Notes under the pieces: generated by a model
Databases searched by the model: none
What the model was told of the DNA's origin: nothing
Seen by the model: the letters and a program-made list of their open reading frames with translations, nothing else
Part shown: positions 26,663-41,099 of the stretch, one piece after another
Numbering within the stretch: position 1 is the first letter of the stretch
How the letters are laid out: every line of letters begins with the position of its first letter
From: Tubiluchus corallicola
Lineage: Eukaryota; Animalia; Priapulida
Reading direction: 5' to 3'
DNA: 64,000 nucleotides
NCBI GenBank assembly: GCA_030141605.1
Contig: JAQGDQ010000635.1
Coordinates: 58,009 to 122,008, forward strand
Position numbers and translations under genes: made by a program

Positions 26663-26888
26663 TTTCAATATAACGTTGGATTCGGTTTTCTTCAAGTTGT
26701 TTGAGCTGAAGTGGACAAAGTAGGAGGGACCATGCTGCACTAAATCACACTATAGTAGACCACCATTAGGTACAAAGAAACTGTCTAGAATAGCGTGGAC
26801 CTTATCAGGTGTCTGACTTAAAGGGCTTCTTTTAAAACTGTCTTAAAAATCCGTTAATGGATCACAGGTGTTTATTCAGGCATTTCTC

Positions 26889-27663
26889 GATATGTAAATA
26901 ATACTAGATATACTAAGATATGTAAATAATACTAGATATACTAAGATATGTAAATAATACTAGATATACTAAGATATGTAAATAATACTAGATATATTAA
27001 GATATGTAAATAATACTAGATATACTAGGATATGTAAATAATACTAGATATACTAAGATATGTGAATAATACTAGATATACTAAGATATGTAAATAATAC
27101 TAGATATACTAAGATATGTAAATAATACTAGATATACTAAGATATGTAAATAATACTAGATATACTAAGATATGTAAATAATACTAGATATACTAAGATA
27201 TGTAAATAATACTAGATATACTAAGATATGTAAATAATACTAGATATACTAAGATATGTGAATAATACTAGATATGCTTAGATATGTAAATAATACTAGA
27301 TATACTAAGATATGTAAATAATATTAGATATACTAAGATATGTAAATAATATTAGATATACTAAGATATGTGAATAATACTAGATATACTAAGATATGTA
27401 AATAGTACTAGATATACTAAGATATGTAAATAATGTTAGATATACTAAGATATGTGAATAATACTAGATATACTAAGATATGTAAATAATACTAGATATA
27501 CTAAGATATGTAAATAATACTAGATATACTAAGATATGTAAATAATATTAGATATACTAAGATATGTAAATAATATTAGATATACTAAGATATGTGAATA
27601 ATACTAGATATACTAAGATATGTAAATAATACTAGATATACTAAGATATGTAAATAATGTTAG
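26889..27663. repeat. 28-bp minisatellite, about 28 copies
   Basis: Unit GATATGTAAATAATACTAGATATACTAA. Confidence 0.95.
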
Positions 27664-28170
27664 TCTGCATCCGCATGTACCAAAACACCAATTGATTTAA
27701 AAAAAATTCTCATTTTTATCTGTGCTATTTTATTTTTTATTTGCAAACCAAACTATTTTTAGTTCTAATGTGACCATGGGTTTTTTACCTTAATGGTACT
27801 CAAATTGAAAAAAAAGCTCCAAGTTGATCAGAATTTCTTATTTTTCATCGAGTCCAGAATCCGCTGGTGTAATTGTGCAATATGTTCAAATCCAACTATT
27901 AAGAGTAATTGTTTATAAGCCAGCGAGTGAAGTACAAACTGTTTGTGGTGTGTTACGTTATGATATTAATTACTATGCCTTGCTTATGTTCACGCAGTTT
28001 GATTGCTATTAGATGTTACAAAAAATTGAACTAGACCAAAAATGTAAGAGGTCATAAGCACGCAAATGTTGATGATATGCTAGCACTTAGTGACGTATCT
28101 GGTAATGTTGATGGTTGTAGTAGTACTGAAATTCAATCCGCCATTTTAGAACTGAAATTCAACCACGATT

Positions 28171-28745
28171 GTGGTACCAAAGTCACCTGCCATAGTGGCA
28201 AGAAGGTTACCCATCACAGTGGCACCAAAGTCAGCTGCCATAGTGGCACCAAAAGTCACCTGCCATAGTGGCACCAAAAGTTACCTGCCATGGTGGCACC
28301 AAAGTCAGCTGCCATAGTGACACCAAAGTCACCTGCCATAGTGGCACCAAAGTCACCTGCCATAGTGGCAACAAGGTCACCTACCATAGTGGCACCAAAA
28401 GTCACTTGCCATAGTGGCACCAAAAGTCACCTGCAATAGTGGCACCAAAAGTCACCTACCACAGTGGCACCAAACTCACCTGCCATAGTGGCACCAAAAG
28501 TCACTTGCCATAGTGGCACCAAAAGTCACCTGGAATAGTGGCACCAAAAGTCACCTACCACAGTGGCACCAAAAGTCACCTGCCATAGTGGCACCAAAGT
28601 CACCTACCACAGTGGCACCAAACTCACCTGCCATAGTGGCACCAAAGTCACCTACCATAGTGGCACCAAAGTCACCAACCATAGTGGCACCAAAGTCACC
28701 TACCATAGTGGCACCAAAGTCATCTACCTTAGTTGCACCAAAACT
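28171..28745. repeat. 24-25-bp minisatellite, about 23 copies
   Basis: Unit GTGGCACCAAA(A)GTCACCTGCCATA. Confidence 0.95.
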
Positions 28746-29021
28746 TCTCCTACCATCAAGAATTATCTGCTAAAAGTTCAATTGTAGGTGCCCAAGTCAA
28801 TTCGAGATTCATACGACTCATCATTTTATGAGAAGAATAACAATATTACTAACGAAAATTTCCCAAATATTTCTTGAACTCGATGGTTGTCCATCTATTT
28901 GCTGATTAGATTCAGCATTGCTTAATTTCAGTCATTATTCGGTCTGTTACTAACTGATGGCATCAGTGTTGCCAAGGAAAACAATAACAGATACGTCCAG
29001 TGACCTGTCAGCTATGAACAT

Positions 29022-29771
29022 TTTTGTTTTGTTTCAGGTTTTCACAAGCATGGCTTTGTTTAACATACTCATAGCACCGCTCAATGCATTTCCCTGTTTT
29101 GTTTTGTTTCAGGTTTTCACAAGCATGGCTTTGTTTAACATACTCATAGCACCGCTCAATGCATTTCCCTGTTTTGTTTTGTTTCAGGTTTTCACAAGCA
29201 CGGCTTTGTTTAACATACTCATAGCACCACTCAATGCATTTCCCTGTTTTGTTTTGTTTCAGGTTTTCACAAGCATGGCTTTGTTTAACATACTCATAGC
29301 ACCACTCAATGCATTTCCCTGTTTTGTTTTGTTTCAGGTTTTCACAAGCATGGCTTTGTTTAACATACTCATAGCACCACTCAATGCATTTCCCTGTTTT
29401 GTTTTGTTTCAGGTTTTCACAAGCATGGCTTTGTTTAACATACTCATAGCACCACTCAATGCATTTCCCTGTTTTGTTTTGTTTCAGGTTTTCACAAGCA
29501 CGGCTTTGTTTAACATACTCATAGCACCACTCAATGCATTTCCCTGTTTTGTTTTGTTTCAGGTTTTCACAAGCATGGCTTTGTTTAACATACTCATAGC
29601 ACCACTCAATGCATTTCCCTGTTTTGTTTTGTTTCAGGTTTTCACAAGCACGGCTTTGTTTAACATACTCATAGCACCACTCAATGCATTTCCCTGTTTT
29701 GTTTTGTTTCAGGTTTTCACGAGCATGGCTTTGTTTAACATACTCATAGCACCACTCAATGCATTTCCCTG
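29022..29771 (+). repeat. 75-bp tandem array (10 copies) of a splice acceptor plus exon 5 start
   Basis: Unit = TTTTGTTTTGTTTCAG plus the first 59 nt of the exon; exon-start positions 29038, 29113 ... 29713. Confidence 0.97.
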
Positions 29772-29875
29772 GGTCATCAACGGTCTCATGGAAGCGTGGG
29801 TGTCATTGCAACGAATTCAAGCTTTCATGGAGATGGACGATCTGGACACCGGTTCCTACTACACGCCTTTGTTAG
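29713..29875 (+). CDS. ABCC10: ABCC10 coding exon 5 (canonical length, using the last acceptor of the array)
   Basis: VFTSMALFNILIAPLNAFPWVINGLMEAWVSLQRIQAFM; donor GTGAG at 29876, phase 1. Which acceptor is actually used is unknown. Confidence 0.85.
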
Positions 29876-31004
29876 GTGAGAACGACTTGAACTGTATCGA
29901 TGGTTTTCTTTTGTAGTATATGTAGTTATTGCTATCTCTCAGGCTAGCATGGGTACAGTGAAGCCAGGTGTGTTGATTCTAGAGCGTCATTATTCATTTT
30001 TGCATTACCTGTAGAGTTTATTTGACATGTTTGGCCGCTCTTGTATGAGAGGTTAGATAGCCTTAGAATGGGAAAGAATGCTGTTTTAGTGGTACAGAGG
30101 TCAGTAGTTGTGTGGTCAGTATGCCACTGTTGTAAAATCAGTATGTCTCTGATGATTTCTGAAAACTGGCTTAGAGTTTTTTCTACAGATCCTCAAACGT
30201 TTTTTCATCCTTTTACAATGAGTGGAAAATAAAATCTGTAAAACAAATACCCAGTTTGCTACAGTTATAGAAAAGTTGTCTCCGTACTCCGAATTTTCCT
30301 TGAATTTAATGCTAGACAGCTTTACAGGGAGTGAATTATTGAAATTTTTGTGTTTTTTAATGTACGAGGTCACTCAAGGTCACTCAGGGTATCAGGCTTC
30401 AATGAGAAAGTGACTAAATGTCCAGAGAAACAGGTTTTGTTACAACTTTATTAATGATACGACGTATCTGACGATGAAACACCTTTCTAATAATGAATTC
30501 ACAGTTAAGAAGCCCAAAAAAACTTAATTTGTACGCAGTTGTTCTGTACAGAGGGAAACCCTAAGATAGCCCTGACAGTAATGTGAAGTGTGAACAAACT
30601 GCCAGTATTTACGAACCAATGACAAGACCGAGGTTCAGAGAGCATATCCATAGAAACGTAGGTATAAAAGAGGCACTCTAGCACACCACAAACATTTAGG
30701 TTGAACAATAGCAAACCACAACATTTCAGTTGTCACAAACAAATGATGACTAATTTTTTCTGCTTGCATGAATTTAATATTTTACATTTTTTTTTCAATT
30801 TTTGATGCAGCAATCTTTGCGTAATTAATAAAAATTGTAGATTTTTTCAAGCCTGTGCGTATTGCTCTTTGTTCGTGTCAGTGGCGTGGAATCATTCTTC
30901 ATCTCATTGTTTCTCGTTTTTTCTTCTTTTGTCGACGTATGTCTTATGTAAAATTCAAAAGTCAGTATTTTGTACTTATTTCTAAAGATTTACTTCACTT
31001 GTAG

Positions 31005-31243
31005 ACCATTGTGTACACTCCGACATTGTTCTTCGTGTGCGAGATGGCACGTTTCACTGGAGACACAAGCAAAAACTCGAAGATGACCGCGATCTAGTCG
31101 TATCTGACAAAACCTCTCCTGCTTCGTGCCGTCCGTTACCAATTCACAGCGTGAATGAAGAAGAAGAAAGCAGAGTGGTGACTACGTCGATAAGCAAGAG
31201 GCAAGATCCCGCACTGAATCGTATTTGCCTTGACGTGCACAAG
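31005..31243 (+). CDS. ABCC10: ABCC10 coding exon 6
   Basis: DHCVHSDIVLRVRDGTFHW..PALNRICLDVHK; phases fit neighbours. Confidence 0.88.
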
Positions 31244-31310
31244 GTGAGTTTGTAAGCTTTAAAGCAAAACTGGACCCAATGTTAAACTGTAGGTCAAAAT
31301 AATCGAGCAA

Positions 31311-31815
31311 CATACTGTTTTTTCATGAATGCTTTACGTGAAAGAATTATTATCAAACAAGCATGATTTCACTTTCGTGCCACTAGTTCTTTGCTGTTAC
31401 ATGCATATTGCCATTTGCTGGTTAGACAGGCACTAGTGCTTGCATTTCAGAAAGTGTTGCACAATAAACCGGCTATGTACCTCTCAGTTCATATGTGTTA
31501 GTTTTTGAAGAACTGCACATTTTTCGACAGCTCGTTGCGTGAGCACAGCAGGTAAATTTGAAATTTGAATCTTACCTTAATACTTGCCTAGTTTTAGTAC
31601 AACACACTGAATATCTTACAGTAGCACCATACTTCAATTTTCGCCATCGCAACACGTGCAACACGCTCGTGGAATATTTTTGCTGTTGCAAATTATGTTA
31701 TTATAAAAAACAATAAAATGACTTTTGACCAAATTTTTGGTACATTCAACCCTGAAGCATCATAACGTAGTTTTAACTATGCTGACTTGTGGACGGTTTT
31801 GGTTTGCAAGCACAC
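31311..31815. mobile_element. Family A fragment (reverse) fused to a family C terminus
   Basis: 31311-31700 matches family A; 31700-31815 ends GGTTTTGGTTTGCAAGCACAC like 35920. Confidence 0.5.
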
Positions 31816-31874
31816 AGCTATGATAAATATATGTACATTTTAGAAAAATTTGACCAAAATTTGTTTTTTCAAAG

Positions 31875-32126
31875 GGCGATCTTGTTGGAGTCATCGGAAA
31901 AGTTGGAAGTGGTAAAAGCTCTCTAATCTACGCTATTCTAGGAGAAATGGACAAACTCCGGGGTGCAGTTAGCTCCTCTTCATTGCAGGACGGATACGGC
32001 GTGTCTCTGCAGGAGCCGTGGATACAGCATGCCACACTCAGGGACAACATACTGTTTGGGAAGCCGTATGTTGGTTCATCTTACTGGAACGTCTTAGAGG
32101 CGTGCTGTCTGCTCGAAGATTTGAAG
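31875..32126 (+). CDS. ABCC10: ABCC10 coding exon 7 (NBD1 Walker A, Q-loop)
   Basis: GDLVGVIGKVGSGKSS..QEPWIQHATLRDNILFG. Confidence 0.95.
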
Positions 32127-33177
32127 GTTAGTGGTATGAAAAAGTGCGACCAAAATGATGAAAGACATTTGGAAATTTTGTCGCATTTGATGGAGACAAA
32201 AGTACTAACATGTTCAGTGTGAATAACATTCTTGTTTGCTTTGTGATTTATCTTAATCATTAGATTGATATAAAAGTGCAAAAAACACCTTTTTTTATTT
32301 TGTAAACAAATGCTGAAAGTAAGCACACTGAAGGTTATAGGACATTAGAGACTTTTGCAGTCTAGTTACAAATATTCAGTGAAATCTACAACATTTTTAT
32401 GTACAAATTTTATTTCACAAAATTTAGATATTTTTCAAAGTGTTCGTTGCACATTCAACGTACATAAACACTTAGAAGTTACATATTAAAAGATATTGAT
32501 TTCTCTTTATTTTTAAGACCTTTAAAATTGAATTCAAACCTTCAAAATTATTTGAATTCGAACCTAAAAATTAAGGATTCAAATAATTCACCCCACCGAC
32601 TACATACATTCTATGTAATTAAAACGTCTGAAACAGCATGAAACAGCTGATTAATAATGTTTTTACTACAGAATAGAATAAAGCAATATGCAAGATCTTT
32701 GTGAGACGCAAGATTTTTGTAGATCAATATGCAAGATCTTTGTGAGACGGCCTATTATTAATGATTGAAAATTAAAGTCAAAAATCTTTATGACTGAATT
32801 CGAATTCGACTCGGTTTTCCAGTCTTGAAAATCACTTTGATTGGAGTTTTGAAAGTTGAAAATTCAATTCAATTGGAATTTGTTTTTGGAAGAGAATGTT
32901 CACCCCGTAATGAATGGTGATGGGATGGTGGCATACATTCCAGCATGTTTTCTGTGATTGCAGTTAACTAAGCATGTGCCTCTTAAGCCGAGTATCAGAA
33001 CTTTTACTGGTTTATTACAATTTTTAACACATTTTGGCACGCTGCATTGGATCCGTTCACTAATGTTGATGATTGAGGCAGAACCGGTACATAGTTTATT
33101 ATCAAGGATAATGAAAGTGTTTAAAATGGGACACTAAACTGTCCAGAAATGTCCAGAACTGCCTACACACCCAGTTT

Positions 33178-34873
<1,696 letters not shown>

Positions 34874-35262
34874 TGACGGATTTGACTTTTATAAAGTAAT
34901 TGAAATTCATCTGGGTAATAAATGTGTGCTTGCATGGCAAAATCGTCCTTAAGTTGTCATTTAAGCTTAAGGTGAAGAGCAAAAAATGTGTGCTTGCACG
35001 GTCCACTTAGACATTAACACCTAGACACCTAGACCATTAACATAAATGGAATACAAATTAAAAATGTGTGCTTGCACAGCAAGTATATCTGGAAGTCTGG
35101 CATATAAGCTTCCTGACGAATATCTGGGCTTGACGGCACTAGAGTAGAGAATCATTATGAATTATTATCCAAGTTATATTACAAGGTGCCATACAATGAT
35201 TACAAGACACCTTATGACACTATGACATAGGGCCTAAGGAAAATAATTATACTCAGAACAAA

Positions 35263-35920
35263 TGTGTGTTTGCGCAGCAAAATCATCCGTAAGTTGGCAA
35301 TTAACCTTTTCTAGTTCTTCACATATCCTGAATCTCCATTTCATGAGGATCATTTTGATACCAAGTTCATTGTTCTATGTTATTTCTAAGCTGAGATAAT
35401 CCATGTTGAAGTTGAGGTGCAGGCTGCACTCTGAAAAACATAACCTTGAGAAATCACTGTTAAAATCAGCCATTGTTTTTCCTTGCGTTTCTACAAAACA
35501 CTTAGCAACCATATGAAGGTGTGGTTGCTATGGACTTTGCAAGAGCATATTGAAATTATGTTTAAGTCCAGTAGATGGCTCGTCTTGACGAAAATTTGGG
35601 CTTGTCAACAGAAAAAGCAAAATGACAGCTTCCATGAGCAACTGTCTAAGTTTTAAAGTACAAGTTTTTTACAATTGCAGTACTAGTTTCTAGCCAGAAA
35701 AAAGGTATGAAGTTATAAAATTGGATTTTTAGTATTTTTTGAACATTTTCTTGGTAATTTGATACGAGAATATAAAAGTCCAGTACATGTAAAGTTTGTT
35801 TTTATAAAAAACAAAAAAAAAATCACTATTAGACAAAATTTTTGGTTCATTCTACTTTGAAGCATCATAATGTAGTTTTAACTATGCCAACTTATGGATG
35901 GTTTTGGTTTGCAAGCACAC
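35263..35920 (+). mobile_element. MITE family C
   Basis: TGTGTGTTTGCG...TTTGCAAGCACAC; body matches 24692-25319. Confidence 0.6.
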
Positions 35921-35975
35921 TAATAGAAATTTTCATTTATTTTTCTTCTTGTTAAAATTAGCAGCATTTTAACAG

Positions 35976-36165
35976 GATAAAGACGTTTACATCCTTGATG
36001 ACCCCCTGTCTGCCGTCGATGCCCACGTGGCAGCTCACATATTCACCAAGTGCATTATGGGTATTCTTGGAGACAAAACCAGAATCCTGGTCACTCACCA
36101 CGTCCAATACTTGCACGAGTGTGACCTCATAGTGACCTTAGACGGAGGAAAAATACTCAAATACG
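35976..36165 (+). CDS. ABCC10: ABCC10 coding exon 9 (NBD1 Walker B, H-loop)
   Basis: DKDVYILDDPLSAVDAHVAAHIFTKCIMG..KTRILVTHH. Confidence 0.95.
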
Positions 36166-36444
36166 GTAGTTTTTCTTTCTTAAGTCGAATAAAGGTTCGG
36201 AAAAGGTTGTATATATACACATTAATAAACCTGTTTGCTGGGGCAGATCCAAGATATCAGGGTAAATACATAACAACACTGTGCCTCGAGATACATCATC
36301 CTGGTGCATTTCTCGACAAACTGTTTGTAAATGTCATTGAAGAAGAAATAATTGTCCGCACTACATACGTATTATAAACTATTTTTTCTTTTGCTCTGAA
36401 TTAAGAATGGTTTTCATATAACAAGCATTATTTCTGTGCTTCAG

Positions 36445-37000
36445 AAGGCAAGAAAGGGGTACCTGAAGAAGGTTTCAGAAATATCGCCTTAAAAATTATA
36501 TTACTTTATAGCAATTTTATGCACATATCGTACTCGCTTTGAGAGTATTTTTTGTTAGTTTTCATTTTAAATTTCCCATAATACTGTTTCAACAGTGCCA
36601 TTACCAGATGTCACCTACGCAAACATAAATCAGGGAAAGAAAATGAACTTAGCATTTTACTTACTTGCTTGAAAGACTTGGGTAACTTGAAAAGAAAATT
36701 ATTAATTATTTAAAATGTTTTCACCAAATGGTAAAATGTCGTTGACTCACCCTCCAGGGTGCACCACTCACTAATCAAAAACGTATTTTTAACCTTATTA
36801 ACAAGATACAGTGATTTAAAATTTTACTCAGTTCGTGACGTGCGCGCTACCACAAGAATGGTCTGTTTATTTTTTCAAACTTTACTTAGTGTTATCTAAA
36901 CTTGTTTCAAACGACTTACAATCAAATTGGTTGCATCTAACGGTCATCTTGGAAGTTTAAATTTACCATTATTGTACAGTGTTACTGCTGATGCAAGCCC
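36445..37000 (+). mobile_element. Dispersed DNA element family B
   Basis: Homologous to 13730-14215 (reverse) and 10900-11260. Confidence 0.55.
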
Positions 37001-37172
37001 TTTATGCAAAAGGCATTATGTAAGTGCTATAAAATTTCAAGACAACTTTTTTAAGCTTCATGTAAGTGGTGGGTTTTCCTGTTCTTCATTTCTTTCAAGG
37101 TTGTCATATTTTATTGTGTCAAATTGCGTTTAGACGTATTTGGCTTCTTTTATGTGTTTTTCTTTGTCATAG

Positions 37173-37400
37173 GTTCCCCTGAAGTCGTTCTTCAAGCAGC
37201 AGATTTTTCCTCTCCCGTAAAAGACACTCAGACGTATAATTCTCCGGAAGACGAGGAACGTGACTCGGCAGATGGGGAGCTCGTAAAAGAGGAGAAGAGA
37301 AAAGTTGGTACGGTGAAGATGGGAATCTACAGGTCTTACTGGTCGGCCGTGGGAAATTGCCTAGCTAGTTCCGTTTTATTATCATTGTTATTAATGCAAG
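37173..37400 (+). CDS. ABCC10: ABCC10 coding exon 10 (linker, start of TMD2)
   Basis: LVKEEKRKVGTVKMGIYRSYWSAVGNCLASSVLLSLLLMQ. Confidence 0.92.
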
Positions 37401-37544
37401 GTAAGCTACACATGCTGCTTTGTGTGCTTGTGTGCCATAAGCTGCAACTACACATTTTTAATCAGCAGTGCTTACTCAGGGTAAGCTTAGCTCAATGTAG
37501 CAGCCATTGCTCGGGCATTTTTGGGAAATTTCGTCAATTTGTTT

Positions 37545-38346
37545 ATTGAGCGATGATCATATTGTCTGTTGCTATGAATGAAGCCAAAAAGAAGAATAAA
37601 CAACACATTAATGATCCAAAGGCACAAATTGAAATTACAAAACAACAGATTAGAATGTAACTTATGAAAATAAACAAGGTTGTAACAGAAGAAATTAGAG
37701 AGAAATATACAAAATTTTTACATACAAAGCAACAGATTAGAATTTAATTTAACTTATGAAAATAAACAAGGTTGTAACAGAAGAAGTTGCAGAGAAATGT
37801 AGAAAATTTTTACCTAACACGAGAACAAAAAGAACACAATAGGTAAACAATTAATCCAAGTTTACATAATGAAGAATCACAGCAGTAAGCATTATAAGAA
37901 TAAAACTTATAGAATAAGAATAAGTCTCATTTGATTGTGCTGGAGGCGACCAGTTACTGTACGGGTACTGCGTGCTGCCAGAAAATGGTCTCTGAAAAAC
38001 CAAGAAAAAAACGTGATGCGAAAAATGGTCATAACACAATTACAGAAACAACATGATTATTGAGCGACGATCGTTTTGGCTACTGAAGCCATTATTAAAC
38101 TACAGATCAAGCCAAAAAGAAGAATAAACAATACATTAATGATACAAAGGCATAAATTGAAACTACAAAACAGCTGATTAGAATTCAACTTATCAAAATA
38201 AACGAGGTTGTAATGGAAGAAATTGCAGAGAAATGTATAAAATTTTACCTAACACATAAGAACGAAAAAACACATAAAAGGTAAACGGTTAATCCAAGTC
38301 TGCATAATGTAGAACCACAGCAGTAAGCATTATAAGAATAAAACCT
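37545..38346 (+). repeat. Diverged direct duplication (about 37545-37908 versus 38058-38346)
   Basis: Shared AAGCCAAAAAGAAGAATAAACAA...CAGCAGTAAGCATTATAAGAATAAAAC. Confidence 0.75.
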
Positions 38347-38562
38347 AACTTCTACATTTTGCACAATTTACAACAAGTGGGAACTAGAACTACAATAAGG
38401 GAAACTACAAAGAAAGGAAATGTGGGGAAGTCGTAATTGATATTTGAACCTGTGACTTTTGGATTCCATGGTTATGTGCCTGGTAACATCTGCTGTTCAT
38501 TATTGAGATTTATTTCAAAGAAATTCAAGTTGGTGTTTGAATTTTTTTATTTTTATTTTTAG

Positions 38563-38719
38563 GTTCTAGAAACATAAATGATTGGTGGCTAACGTACTGG
38601 GTCACTCACTCTCACGGTCAAGATGCACCATCCAAGAACTTGACCAATGTCCAACAAATGCCATTATTAACTGGCATCTTTCCGCAACAGATGGCAGCAC
38701 CTGGTCTATTGTACTACAG
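38563..38719 (+). CDS. ABCC10: ABCC10 coding exon 11
   Basis: GSRNINDWWLTYWV..PGLLYY; phases 1/2. Confidence 0.9.
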
Positions 38720-39614
38720 GTAATTATGCCAAAATCTCTGAATGCAACAAGTTAACTTTGTGTCTTTGTTTTGTCAATGTTCTTTACATATGCATTAAAT
38801 CCTCGCTTAACGACTTCCCATTTAGTGACTGACGTTTTGTTTTAGCGACGCCGATCGTTTGACATATTTTTCACTTAACGATGCACGTTTCGCTTTAATG
38901 ACAATTTTACTTTTCTCAAGGCAAATTTTTATTTGATCAACGAAATGTTTACCTAATTTGATGCATTAAAACAGCACATATTGCTTTATTCTGTTCTAAA
39001 ACGCACTAGTAATGTAAACAGTGTCATTATTATATATGTCTTTGCTTCCCGACTGACTACTGACGCAACTACTGTATTACTAGAGTTTGTATCAAGTATC
39101 AAGTGACCAAATGAGCAAATTTTATGCAAGGAATTTTGCCTGCAACCTTTGCTATAGCAACCTAACTAAGTATGTAAGACGTAGGTAAAATTCCCAACAC
39201 CATCACACGGCTTGGTTTTGACTCTGCAGTTAAGAATAGTGGGCAGTGTGAAAATGTTTTGGTTCGGTTTCAATCCAGTTCCTACGTTTAATAAGTTTCG
39301 GTTTGATTTTCGGATTCTAATTTGAATTCCGGAAACATCACTCATTATTACTAGGCTCTGTAGTCATTCATGTATAATTATTATACATACGTACAGCTGC
39401 AATTATTACAACTTAGCAGAAAAAGCCTGGCCTCAATCATAACAATGCAAAAGGATAAAAAAACTTGTGCACAATATTAACGAGATTTGCATGATGTGCG
39501 GTATCTGCTGCTGTCGACAGGCGCGGAGTCATATCGCTAACGTTATTCATCACTTTCAATTGTTTAACTTCCTTTTCTACGGCTGCTTCATTTTGTAAAA
39601 CTGTTTACTTACAG

Positions 39615-39837
39615 ATATGACGAGTCATTTTCACGTCATCCATCACTTGCTGCTGGCGCCATCTCTTGGTCAAACGTCACATCGTCCGAGGACAACGTTA
39701 CATTCTATTTGACTGTGTACGGTTGCCTGGCTGCAGCTAACTCTGTGTTCACTTTTGCCAGGGCATTTCTGTACGCTTACGGTGGCATCTGTGCCGCAAA
39801 GGGTCTTCACAAGAAGCTTCTGAGTTCAGTGTTCATG
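39615..39837 (+). CDS. ABCC10: ABCC10 coding exon 12 (canonical length, using the first donor of the array)
   Basis: FYLTVYGCLAAANSVFTFARAFLYAYGGICAAKGLHKKLLSSVFM; joins APVSFFD in phase 0. Confidence 0.88.
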
Positions 39838-40184
39838 GTAAGTTCAGTGTTCATGGTGAGTTCAGTGTTCATGGTAAGTTCAGTGTTCATATTGAGTTCA
39901 GTGTTCATGGTAAGTTCAGTGTTAATGGTAAGTTCAGTGTTCATGGTAAGTTCAGTGTTCTTAGTAAGTTCAGTGTTCACGGTAAGTTCAGTGTTTATGG
40001 TAAGTTCAGTGTTCACGGTAAGTTCAGTGTTCACAGTAAGTTCAGTGTTCATGGGAAGTTCAGTGTTCACGGTAAGTTCAGTGTTCATGGTAAGTTCAGT
40101 GTTTATGGTAAGTTCAGTGTTCATGGTAAGTTCAGTGTTCACGGTAAGTTCAGTGTTCATGGTAAGTTCAGTGTTCATGGTAAG
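39823..40184 (+). repeat. 18-bp tandem array (20 copies) of exon 12 end plus splice donor
   Basis: Unit AGTTCAGTGTTCATG|GTA; 18 of 20 copies keep GT. Confidence 0.97.
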
Positions 40185-40423
40185 CTTGAACAGTCTTTTT
40201 ATTTGTAATTGTTTTCTAAAAAATACCGGTCATTTTGTCAAAAGGATAATCCTCATCTTTTTATACAACAAAGTCTCATCTGCTTTTTCAGTGATTTAAA
40301 AAAATAGCTTACTATCACCATTCTAGCTTAAAGCAAAACTGAAACGAATCTTAAACTGTAAGTCAAAACAATTTACTCTTTAATATATTGAAAGGAAACA
40401 TGCTATTTTTTCAAGAATGACTT

Positions 40424-40683
40424 CCTGGGCAAGGTGTACGGAGATACCGAGTTGCCCAGACAACAGAACCTCCTCTCTTCCTCCCTTGTGTAGTATAAAA
40501 GGAAAGCAGAGTGATACGTTTGGCACCAGGTTGGCTGCAGGAGCTGCCGGAGTCTGTGAGCATGCTGCAGTGGTCCACCTTCGGGGCTCCACTCCTGATT
40601 TGGAAGGTTTACACTTGGCCGTTGGGTCACTTGACCTCCTCCGCCCTTTAGCCATTGGCTGCTTGTGTAGCTCTTCCGCCTAG
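40424..40683 (-). mobile_element. Internal fragment of the SINE seen at 48794-49375
   Basis: Reverse complement of about 48940-49242; directly adjoins a family A terminus (40392-40423). Confidence 0.8.
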
Positions 40684-40797
40684 GGGACATGGGGTTTTTG
40701 GGAACATGGGGTTCATTTTATCCTTTAATCCCACTGAAGCATTATAACAGTAAAGAATGCTTGCTTTGTATTGTCCATTTTTCTTTCTTTCTTCTAG

Positions 40798-41013
40798 GCT
40801 CCGGTTTCCTTCTTCGATGTCACTCCGGTTGGTCGCATCATCAACAGATTTTCCTCGGACGTTTTCACGATCGACGACTCGCTTCCCTTCATTTTAAACA
40901 TCCTGTTGGCCCAGGTTTACGGAGTAGCTGGAACCGTTGTTGTTACCTGCTATGGTTTACCTTGGTTTACCGTGCTTCTGTTACCGTTGGGTTTGATTTA
41001 TTACCATATTCAG
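40798..41013 (+). CDS. ABCC10: ABCC10 coding exon 13
   Basis: APVSFFDVTPVGRIINRFSSDVFTIDDSLPFILNILLAQ..YYHIQ. Confidence 0.95.
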
Positions 41014-41099
41014 GTATGTTCAAATCAGAAAAGTATGCATCATCGTTCCACTAAAGTATCGTCACATAAATTTCTGCTAGACAAGGGTACAGCTCTAAT

